A stretch of DNA of 49,900 nucleotides from a virus. Its lineage: Duplodnaviria > Caudoviricetes. This document shows positions 9,472 through 17,140 of this stretch, piece after piece (positions within the stretch are counted from its first letter, which is position 1; every line of letters begins with the position of its first letter). The DNA lies in IMG/VR virus record IMGVR_UViG_3300042360_000665, positions 1 through 49,900 of that record; one strand, 5' to 3'. Under the pieces are notes generated by a model that had not been told where the DNA came from, searched no databases, and saw only the letters and a program-made list of their open reading frames with translations. A program made the translations under genes and the position numbers.

Positions 9472-10215
9472 TCACTTTTTTTCCTGGAACACCCCCAGAT
9501 ACACCGTGCCCTGGCGGTAGAGGGGCAGCACCTTGTCGCGCAGATCGGCGTTGTACAGGCGCACGCAACCGAGGGTGGGGTGCAGGGGCTGCTGAGCAGC
9601 CCAAGCGCCGGGCCAGCCGCAGGCCGATCCACCGCCGTGGAGCATGATCCCGGCCCGGCCAACGGCCACCTCTTGGCCCTCCAGCTCCTCCATGTCGAAG
9701 GAATACCAGCCGTAGGCCATGGCGGTGTCGCTGCAGGGCGGGTTGGGGTTCTGCTCGTAGTCCGCGTAGAGCTGGCCGAGCCGGTAGAGCCCAGGCGGCG
9801 TATCGGTGCTGGTCTGGGTCCAGTCGGTATCGGCGCCTTGGCCGCGGGCCAGGCAGGGGATCTTCCAGAGGAACTGGCCGCTGTGGTCGTAGGCCTCCAT
9901 GTCCTGGTCGCGGTCATTCACCAGCAGGTAGGTGTCGCCGGGCTGGACAGGGGCAGCCTTTTGGGGGCCGGCCATGCCGGCCTCTTCTGATCCGCGGGGA
10001 TCGAGGCCGCCGCTGGGGCCTGCTGGTGCCGGGGGCGCAGCGGGTTTCTGGCTAAAGGTGAGCGCCCAGGGGGCCTGCTCATCGAGGACGGCCTCGCTGC
10101 CGGGCAGGGCCTTGATCGCGGCATGGAGGGTCCAGACGCCGGAAACCTGCTGGGGTTCACCGCGAAAGGCTTCAAAGCGGTCCTGGAACCGCTCGGGGGT
10201 CATCGGGCTGGCCAT
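9472..10215 (-). CDS. L,D-transpeptidase (YkuD)-like peptidoglycan enzyme, endolysin candidate
   Basis: DTPPGLY, GIMLHGGGS...PTLGCVRL (His/Cys catalytic motif). Confidence 0.75.
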   Translation of the reverse strand: MASPMTPERFQDRFEAFRGEPQQVSGVWTLHAAIKALPGSEAVLDEQAPWALTFSQKPAAPPAPAGPSGGLDPRGSEEAGMAGPQKAAPVQPGDTYLLVNDRDQDMEAYDHSGQFLWKIPCLARGQGADTDWTQTSTDTPPGLYRLGQLYADYEQNPNPPCSDTAMAYGWYSFDMEELEGQEVAVGRAGIMLHGGGSACGWPGAWAAQQPLHPTLGCVRLYNADLRDKVLPLYRQGTVYLGVFQEKK

Positions 10216-10311
10216 GGGCGTTGTGCTGCTGAGCCCTGTTGCCAGTGCTGACTTGGGGCCGCCGGCTGCGGGCACAAAGAGAGCGCCCCAGCTGCAGCCG
10301 GGGCCGCCCCC

Positions 10312-10512
10312 TCAGAAGGGCAGCTCGCTCTCGGGGCACCAGACCGGCACCGAAGCTGGCGTGGCCACCTGGCGCTCAAAGAGCAGATCAGCGCAGAGCT
10401 GCTCCAGCCGCTCCAGAGGAGCCGGACGGTGGGCCGAGGCCTCTTCCCAGAGCAGCTCCAGGGTGCGGGAGCTCAGGAGCCGGAAGGCGCGGGTGCGGGA
10501 TGCGGAAGCCAT
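10312..10512 (-). CDS. 66-aa hypothetical protein (hairpin cassette B)
   Basis: MASASRTRAFRLL...WCPESELPF; downstream of hairpin B with the shared leader motif. Confidence 0.55.
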   Translation of the reverse strand: MASASRTRAFRLLSSRTLELLWEEASAHRPAPLERLEQLCADLLFERQVATPASVPVWCPESELPF

Positions 10513-10541
10513 GGCAGGCGTAGCGGAGACCCCGAAGCAGG

Positions 10542-10639
10542 CCGGGCGGGGTCAAGGGGCAGCCCCCTCTGCAATGCGGAGCGCAGCGCAGCCAACGCAC
10601 CAGTCCGGCTGACTCGCGTCAGCCCTTGAGGCCGCCCGG
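10542..10639 (-). promoter_or_regulatory. Hairpin element B (putative ssDNA/cruciform promoter)
   Basis: CCGGGCGG..TCAAGGG 10542-10558 pairs with CCCTTGA..CCGCCCGG 10623-10639; GACTCGCGTCAGCCCTTG at 10611-10628 is identical to 31469-31486. Confidence 0.6.
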
Positions 10640-10774
10640 ACCATGAGGAGGGCTGCGCGTAGCCGATCCACCAGGAGCTGGGCCACCACGGTTCTGTCTC
10701 CTCGGTGGTTTGGGGCGTGGGTCACCTGGCAACAGCTGCTGTTGTCACTGGGGCGAGGCCCCGGGAGCGTGCCC

Positions 10775-11683
10775 TTGGGCCTGACCTTGATCGAGGCGCA
10801 GAAATACGCCCGCCGCGCCGAACAGCTGGCGGTGCTTAAGACCTTCGCGGAGGGGGAGCTGCTGCGCCGCCTGCCCTTCCGCAACCTCGTGGGCGGCTCG
10901 CTGAGCTTCCCTGCCGAAACGAAACTCCCCCGCGTGGGTTTTCGGGCCGTCAATGAGGGCTACCGCCAGAGCTATGGGGTGATCAACTCCGATTCGGAGT
11001 TCGTGCACCTGTTCGGCGGTGACCTGGATGTGGACCGCTCGATCGTGGACCTGCAGGGCCCCGAGGCCCGTGCTGCCCAGACCGAGATGAAGGTGCGCTC
11101 CATGCGGCTCACGCTGGAGGCCGCGATCATCAACGGCGATGACACCTTCGATCCGCGGGCGTTCAACGGGCTGAGCAAGCGCCTTGTGCCGGGTGAGGAC
11201 CAGACGATCGACAACGGCGGCAGCACGCTCAACCTGCTGGCGCTGGAGGCGCTGACCGACAGCGTGATCGGCTACGGCGGCGACAAGGTGCTGATCGCCA
11301 GCAAGGCGGCCCGCCGCCAGATCAGCACCGCCTCCCGCCAGGCCGGCGGCGACCTCTACGAGGTGATCGACGGGCGGCACTATTTCGAGGGGATCGAGAT
11401 CCTGCTGGTGGAGGAGGACGCCGAGGGCAACGCGGTGCTCGGCTACGACGAACCGGGAGACACCACCTCGATCTACTGCTGCGTACTGGGCGATGCGGCG
11501 GTGTGCGGCCTGCAGGGGCCGTTCGAGGGGCGCTACGGGATCTCGGTGCGGGACTTCGGGGAGGTGCACGACGCTCCGGTGTTCCGCACGCGGGTGGATT
11601 GGTACGTGGGCTTTGCCGTGTGCAACCGCAAGGCCGCCGCACGCCTGTTCAACGTCGCCCCGATGCCGCTGGTGCTGCACTGA
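10775..11683 (+). CDS. Major capsid protein (HK97 fold)
   Basis: MGLTLIEAQK...LPF..., LPRVGFRAVNEGY, GGDLDVDRSIV, INGD...FNGL..R, RVDWYVGFAV...AAARL; TTG start 7 nt after GGAG. Confidence 0.85.
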   Translation: MGLTLIEAQKYARRAEQLAVLKTFAEGELLRRLPFRNLVGGSLSFPAETKLPRVGFRAVNEGYRQSYGVINSDSEFVHLFGGDLDVDRSIVDLQGPEARAAQTEMKVRSMRLTLEAAIINGDDTFDPRAFNGLSKRLVPGEDQTIDNGGSTLNLLALEALTDSVIGYGGDKVLIASKAARRQISTASRQAGGDLYEVIDGRHYFEGIEILLVEEDAEGNAVLGYDEPGDTTSIYCCVLGDAAVCGLQGPFEGRYGISVRDFGEVHDAPVFRTRVDWYVGFAVCNRKAAARLFNVAPMPLVLH

Positions 11684-11762
11684 GCGGCGTTTGATCGGCT
11701 CCGCAAGACCCTGGCGGCACAACAGATCTTTTCCCCCTGTTCTTTGTTCTGGAGACCCTTCC

Positions 11763-12197
11763 ATGACCTCTCAAGCCACCCGGCTGCTCGATGCACAAAC
11801 CGTGCTCGTCGGCTGGATCAACCACTCCGCCACTGACTGCTACGAGCACACCCGCAGCAGCGGTGATGTCGTCAACCTCGGCACCGATCTCGATGCCACC
11901 AGCTCCTTTGTGCTGGTGGCTTCCCACCCCGGCCATAGCGGGGCGGTGACGGTGACCCTGGAGCTGGCGCCGCTGCTGGCCGATGGCAACGCCGGCAGCT
12001 GGATCACCGCCGCGGCCGTCGCCATCCCCGCCGCAGGCGGCAAGGTCGAGGCGATCATCAGCGGCGCCGCCCTGCTGATCAACCCGGCTGACAGCGCACT
12101 GATCACGCCGCCCTGCCTGCGGCTGGCGCGGGCGACGGTTTCGCCTGGCACGCCTGCCGGGATGACCGTGGCGCTCACCGCCAACCAGGGGCTGTGA
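11763..12197 (+). CDS. Putative capsid decoration/cement protein
   Basis: 144-aa beta-rich protein immediately after the capsid gene. Confidence 0.5.
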   Translation: MTSQATRLLDAQTVLVGWINHSATDCYEHTRSSGDVVNLGTDLDATSSFVLVASHPGHSGAVTVTLELAPLLADGNAGSWITAAAVAIPAAGGKVEAIISGAALLINPADSALITPPCLRLARATVSPGTPAGMTVALTANQGL

Positions 12198-12207
12198 GGT
12201 GAGCGCC

Positions 12208-12915
12208 ATGGGCAACCCACTCGACACCCTCAACGTGGCGGCCGGAGCTGAGGCCCTGCCGCTGGAGCTGCTGCAGCCTCTCGACAGCAGCAACCCCGCC
12301 TCCACGCCTGTTCGCCTCTCGGGCCCGGAGCAGCGGCTCAACGTCACACCGGATCCAGGTGTAGGCGATGCAGCGCTGCTGCCGCCCAGCCAGCTGCTGA
12401 TCGGCAAGGACAGTGCGACCCGCTCGATCTGGCCGGTGCACCTGGCCGGCTGGCAGGCCCTGGGCTGGCAGTTGCTCAGCCCAGCCAGTGGCGGCGATGA
12501 GCCGGTCCCGGTGGACTCCGGGGACAACGCGCCGGAACCGGAGCTGGCGGATGCGCTGGACCTCGAGCCCGAGCAACCGGAAGCGCCGGAACCCGCCCCG
12601 GCAGCAGATGAGCCCGCCCCCACCGGTGAGCCGCTGGAGTCAGCGGCAACCACCACCAGCGACGGAGAAGCCCTGCTGGCCACTGAGCCAACCGACTTCC
12701 AGTCCATGACCAAGGCCCAGATAGTCGAGTTCTGCTCCAGCGTCTATGGCGTGGAGCTCGATAGCAGCCAGACCAAGGCCGAACTGGTGGAGCAGGCCAC
12801 GGCACTGGAGACCCAGGCCAGCGGCAGCAGTACAGCCACCAGCGAGGGCAATGCTGTTGCCAGCAGCGACCCTGCTGATCTCGCGGCCCTGGAGCTGGGT
12901 GATGCCCTGCTCTGA
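12208..12915 (+). CDS. Acidic protein with C-terminal HeH/LEM/Rho-N-like motif
   Basis: DFQSMTKAQIVEFCSSVYGVELDSSQTKAELVEQ; head-module position. Confidence 0.55.
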   Translation: MGNPLDTLNVAAGAEALPLELLQPLDSSNPASTPVRLSGPEQRLNVTPDPGVGDAALLPPSQLLIGKDSATRSIWPVHLAGWQALGWQLLSPASGGDEPVPVDSGDNAPEPELADALDLEPEQPEAPEPAPAADEPAPTGEPLESAATTTSDGEALLATEPTDFQSMTKAQIVEFCSSVYGVELDSSQTKAELVEQATALETQASGSSTATSEGNAVASSDPADLAALELGDALL

Positions 12916-12992
12916 TCACGGCCAACTGCAACCGAGCCAACGCATTCCTGGCTGGGGGCTGGCAACAGCTCAGCAGCACTGCCCTGGCGCCG

Positions 12993-13235
12993 ATGGCCAT
13001 TCCCGATCCGGCTGTGCTGGCCGAGCTGACAGCCCAGTGCCGCAGCAGCAGTCGGCCCCAGGGGGTGATCTTCCTTGGCCAGGCCCAGCTGCAGGACGGC
13101 GGCACCCCTGAACCGCCCCCCGCCGGGAGCGTCAGTTCGGTGGAAGCCCTGGCCCCGCTGGTGAGTGCTGCCGCCAGCAATGGAGTGGTGGTGCTCACGC
13201 TGGACTTGCGCCTGCTCAGCCCCCTACCGCCCTGA
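12993..13235 (+). CDS. Hypothetical protein (80 aa), probably virion-associated
   Basis: ATG ORF in the structural operon; its end (LDLRLLSPLP) resembles that of the next protein (LDLSTLPALP). Confidence 0.5.
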   Translation: MAIPDPAVLAELTAQCRSSSRPQGVIFLGQAQLQDGGTPEPPPAGSVSSVEALAPLVSAAASNGVVVLTLDLRLLSPLPP

Positions 13236-13278
13236 CGCCACCCCTGATCTCCCCAACCCCTTTTACTTGCTGATCGCT

Positions 13279-13956
13279 ATGGCCACCACCACCGAGAGCC
13301 CCACCACCAGCCGCTCCTTGCCCCAGCCCAGCGACCTGCTGCTGGTGCAGCGCGGCAGCACGCCCTACCGGGCCACGGCTGATGAGGTCAAGGCGTTCAT
13401 GCTCGCCCCCGCCACTGCGGTAGCGATCGGTGCGATCAAGCCCGGCACGAACCTCTCGGTCGATGCCGATGGCACCCTCCATGCCGCAATCTCCGGTGCC
13501 CTCACCTACCGAGGTGCGATCGACCCCACCACCAGCGAGGCTCCGGATGGCTCTGCAGTCGGGGATGTGTACTTGGCCAGTGCTGGCGGTCTTGCCCTGG
13601 CCAGCTGGCAAGGCCTTGCTGGTGAGCAGATCGCCCAGGGGGACCTGCTGCTGTTTGACGGGGAGGAATGGAGCGCCAACGCGGCCCTGGGCCCCGATGG
13701 CGCCGGAGTGATCCGCATCCAGGTGGCCGCACCGCTGGTCGTCGATGAAAGCGACCCGGCTCAACCGCTGCTGAGGGTCGAGCCTGCAACCACCGCCGCT
13801 GCCGGCGTGGTGCAGCTGGCCAACCCGTTGGCGCTGGCGGACGGCACACCCGGGCGGGTGGTGGACGCGGCCCAGCTACAGGCAGCGCTGGCCACCGCCC
13901 AGCCGGCTGGTGACTACATGCCGCTGGATCTCAGCACCCTGCCGGCCCTGCCCTGA
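13279..13956 (+). CDS. Fibre-like structural protein
   Basis: ATAVAIGAIKPGTNLSVDADGTL and ATTAAAGVVQLA fibre-type repeats. Confidence 0.6.
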   Translation: MATTTESPTTSRSLPQPSDLLLVQRGSTPYRATADEVKAFMLAPATAVAIGAIKPGTNLSVDADGTLHAAISGALTYRGAIDPTTSEAPDGSAVGDVYLASAGGLALASWQGLAGEQIAQGDLLLFDGEEWSANAALGPDGAGVIRIQVAAPLVVDESDPAQPLLRVEPATTAAAGVVQLANPLALADGTPGRVVDAAQLQAALATAQPAGDYMPLDLSTLPALP

Positions 13957-13967
13957 GCGCCGAACTG

Positions 13968-15017
13968 ATGACGCTTCAAGCAAGCGACCTGCTGGCGATT
14001 ACCCGCCCCGCTGGGCCCCAGGCCGGCACCTATCAGCTGCCGGCGGCAGCACTGGCGGAACTGCTGAACCCGCCGCCAGTGCTGGGTATCAGCGGGGTGC
14101 TCTGGTCAACCGTGCGCTCAGCGGCGGATAACAGCTGGCAGGCGATCTGCTGGTCGCCGGAGCTGCAGCTCTACGCCTGCGTTGCGGGCAGCGGCACGGG
14201 CAACCGGGTTATGACCTCAAGCGATGGCATCCGCTGGAGTGCCCAACCATCAGCAGCCGATCAGAACTGGGTGGCGCTCTGCTGGGCCAAAGAGCTGGGG
14301 CTGTTCGTGGCCGTCAGCGACAGCGGCATTGGGAATCGGGTGATGACCTCACCGGATGGCCGCAGCTGGACCCTGCGCCAGACGCCGGCCAACAACAACT
14401 GGACCGCGCTCTGCTGGGCATCCGAGCTGGGCCTACTGGTGGCGGTCGCCAGCAGTGGCACGGGCAACCGGGTGATGACCAGTTCCGATGGCTTCACCTG
14501 GACGGCCCGCCAGGCTGCTGCAGATCAGGAGTGGCGCTCCATCTGCTGGGCGCCGCAGCTGGGGCTGCTGGTGGCGGTGAGCAGCAACGGCGGCAACCAG
14601 CGGGTGATGACCTCAAGCGATGGCCGCAACTGGACGCTGCGGACGGCCGCCTCCAACAACAACTGGGGTGCGCTCTGCTGGGCAGCGGAGCTCGGCCTGC
14701 TGGTGGCCTTGAGCAGCAGCGGTCGGGGCAACCGGGTGATGACCTCTACTGACGGGATCAGCTGGAGCAGCCGCAGCTCGGCGGCCGACAACGCCTGGAC
14801 CTCCCTCTGCTGGTCGCCGCAGCGGGAGCTGTTGGTGGCGGTGAGTAGCAGCGGCACCGGCAACCGGATCATGACCAGCGCCGATGGCCTCAGCTGGATG
14901 GTGCGCAGCTCTCCAGCTGATCTGGGTTGGCGCTCGCTTTGCTGGTCGCCCCAGCGGCGTCAGTTTGTGGCTGTGAGCAACAGCGGCGCTGGCAACCGGG
15001 TGATGGTGAGCCCCTGA
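13968..15017 (+). CDS. Seven-repeat beta-propeller (BNR/Asp-box-like) protein, receptor-binding candidate
   Basis: Seven ~44-aa repeats W...AADxxWxALCWxxELGLLVAVSSSGxGNRVMTSxDG. Confidence 0.75.
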   Translation: MTLQASDLLAITRPAGPQAGTYQLPAAALAELLNPPPVLGISGVLWSTVRSAADNSWQAICWSPELQLYACVAGSGTGNRVMTSSDGIRWSAQPSAADQNWVALCWAKELGLFVAVSDSGIGNRVMTSPDGRSWTLRQTPANNNWTALCWASELGLLVAVASSGTGNRVMTSSDGFTWTARQAAADQEWRSICWAPQLGLLVAVSSNGGNQRVMTSSDGRNWTLRTAASNNNWGALCWAAELGLLVALSSSGRGNRVMTSTDGISWSSRSSAADNAWTSLCWSPQRELLVAVSSSGTGNRIMTSADGLSWMVRSSPADLGWRSLCWSPQRRQFVAVSNSGAGNRVMVSP

Positions 15018-15020
15018 ACC

Positions 15021-15215
15021 ATGACTGACACCAAGGCACCCCTCCAGGCGATTGGCTCGCGTTGCTGGCGCGACCTGATCAGCCCAGAGAGCGGCGCCAC
15101 CGTGCTCAACCTGGCGGGAGACAGCAGTGCCGCCGACCCGATGGTGGAGCTGGCTTACGACGAGGGGGGCAGCGGTTGGTGGCCGCTCTCCACGCTGGTG
15201 TTTGAGCAGCCATGA
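15021..15215 (+). CDS. Hypothetical protein (64 aa)
   Basis: ATG 3 nt after the previous stop; last gene of the operon. Confidence 0.55.
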   Translation: MTDTKAPLQAIGSRCWRDLISPESGATVLNLAGDSSAADPMVELAYDEGGSGWWPLSTLVFEQP

Positions 15216-15227
15216 GCCAAGGGGGCT

Positions 15228-15815
15228 TCACCCCCCTCCCACCAGCTGCTGGCGCAGAGCCTCAAGCGCTTTCTTCTGGGCCCGCTGCACCGACATGGCG
15301 CTGATTTGCAGCTGCTCCGCTGCAGCTCTCAGTGAGAGGCCCTCAAGGACGGTGAGCCTCAGGGCCGTGGCTTGAGCTGCAGGCAGCTGATCTACTAGCT
15401 GCTCCAGCGCCAAATCATCAGCGGGCCCGGCTGCTTCTGGCTCGGGGCTGGCCAGCTGATCGAGCAGGCACGGCTCGCCAGCGCCGTGGCCATCAAGGCT
15501 GATGTGACCCAAAGGGCACTGACCCTGCTCATGCAGCCGGCGTGGGATGCGCACCAGCCGCACCCGATCGCGCAGGTGATGCTGCAGGGCACCTGAGATG
15601 CAGCGACGCAGATAGGGCTCGGCCGGCTCACCTGCTTTGCAGCGCAGCACTGAACGGAGCAGGGCTTCTCTAGCTACCTGGATCAGATCCTCCCGCTCGA
15701 CCAAAGGGAAGAAGCGGCGGGCTACAGCTGAGGCAACGGCATCAGCTAGCGGCAGGTGCTGGAGCACCAGGGCATCGCGGGCACGGAGGGCAGAGCGGGA
15801 AAGCGGGGCAGCCAT
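15228..15815 (-). CDS. Sigma-70 family factor, SigF-like (regions 2 and 4, region 3 shortened)
   Basis: RDALVLQHLPLA..EDLIQVAREAL..HHLRDRVRLVRIPR; region 4 HTH LEGLSLRAAAEQLQISAMSVQRAQKKAL. Confidence 0.85.
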   Translation of the reverse strand: MAAPLSRSALRARDALVLQHLPLADAVASAVARRFFPLVEREDLIQVAREALLRSVLRCKAGEPAEPYLRRCISGALQHHLRDRVRLVRIPRRLHEQGQCPLGHISLDGHGAGEPCLLDQLASPEPEAAGPADDLALEQLVDQLPAAQATALRLTVLEGLSLRAAAEQLQISAMSVQRAQKKALEALRQQLVGGG

Positions 15816-15825
15816 CTGGGGATGG

Positions 15826-15940
15826 CAGAGAACCCCACCCCCAACGGCCAGCCGCAGGGATGTGACAAGGACGCCCTAACGGGGCGCATGGCTAGATCCT
15901 TGACGCAGCGCGAGGACTGGACGAGGGATTCAGGTGGGTG
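15826..15940 (-). promoter_or_regulatory. Hairpin element D (diverged) upstream of the sigma gene
   Basis: CAAGGA 15866-15871 / TCCTTG 15897-15902 enclosing CGCCC-TAAC-GGGGCG; leader GGGGTTCTCTGC resembles those of elements A and B. Confidence 0.4.
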
Positions 15941-16081
15941 TTTGACGGCCAAGTGGCAAGCCGTTCCCCCGTATGCCGCAACAAAAGGCCACGCCAGAGG
16001 TCTACCTGCCGAGGTCCGCGATGCAGTAGCTAGGCCACGCTTAAGAAGGCTGCGATCGGTGCCTGGAGAATCAGGAGTTGC

Positions 16082-17140
16082 TCAGAAATCAGCAAGTTCT
16101 AACAACTGATGGCTGAGTTCCTTATGCGACGCAGTCAAATCAACGGTGGCAAAACGCATCCGGTGGCCCTGAATCCGTACGGATTCATCCACAGGAGCGT
16201 TGATGGCGGGATGAAGCAGCAAACCATCGGCCTGATCGGCCGAGAGGTCACCCCGGCCCTCCTGGGAGCGGAGATACGCATAGAGCTGATACACATAACC
16301 GGCGCGTAGGGATTGATCGCGATACCAGCCCTTGGTGAACACGTTGGTGAACTTGGTATCAATCACTAGGCGCTGGGGTGCATGGATCCGATCAAGAACG
16401 ATGTCAGTGCGCATTGAGGGGAACACCTGGCTGACGCCCGATGTGGCTTCCTCAACTGGCCAGTTCATCGTCTTACCAGTGCTCACCAGCCACTGGCTGG
16501 GATCAAGTTTCAAGCGGTAGAAGCCACCGATGGCTTTTTCGAACAGTCGCCGTAACCAATGCTCGCAACGCTTGGGATCCAGCATTGCGTTCGGACCGGC
16601 TTCTTCTGTCGGCAGAGCAAGATCCATCGCCAGCCGCGCAGCCGCGAGCATCGGTTGATCGGCCTGGTCATGACGCCCGAAGCGCTCGCCGCTGATCTGG
16701 CTGCGGCTTGGGGCTTCTCCTACTACGCCCTGTCGGCGAAGACCATGGGCCACTCCCCGGCATCGGTGGGCCAGTGCCTGGTTGGTCACCAGCCGAGCCA
16801 CGCTTTCAAGTGCGGCACGCACGTAACGATTGCGAGGGCTATCAATCGAGAGCTCCTCGAAGCGGCAGGCCACCTGACCTTTCGCCAGCAGTTGACGCCG
16901 GCTGGTTATGAGGTGATCGATGCGACCACGGACGCGGCTGAGCACGGCCTCTCGCGGCAGAAAAGAAGTGGAGAGCTGGCGTCGCTGTCGCACTTCAACA
17001 GCACTCGCCAGGATCTCCGCCACCAGATCAGGGATCTCCTCAGGCAAATCCTCCACACCGAGCTTTGCGGGATTGGCGCTGGGGCCGAGGTCTGAGGCAT
17101 AGAGCATCAGCCACCAGATGTTGCGAACGGGGATGCTCAC
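16082..17140 (-). CDS. mcrC: McrC, PD-(D/E)XK nuclease subunit
   Basis: IPVRNIWWLMLYA, LFEKAI..FY, MRTDIVL...VIDTKF, YQLYAYL; overlaps the mcrB stop. Confidence 0.92.
   Translation of the reverse strand: MSIPVRNIWWLMLYASDLGPSANPAKLGVEDLPEEIPDLVAEILASAVEVRQRRQLSTSFLPREAVLSRVRGRIDHLITSRRQLLAKGQVACRFEELSIDSPRNRYVRAALESVARLVTNQALAHRCRGVAHGLRRQGVVGEAPSRSQISGERFGRHDQADQPMLAAARLAMDLALPTEEAGPNAMLDPKRCEHWLRRLFEKAIGGFYRLKLDPSQWLVSTGKTMNWPVEEATSGVSQVFPSMRTDIVLDRIHAPQRLVIDTKFTNVFTKGWYRDQSLRAGYVYQLYAYLRSQEGRGDLSADQADGLLLHPAINAPVDESVRIQGHRMRFATVDLTASHKELSHQLLELADF

Noticed and set aside
14100-15010. CRISPR-like or non-coding tandem repeat array (~132-bp period)
   Set aside because: Repeats are in-frame protein repeats with synonymous variation and no unique spacers
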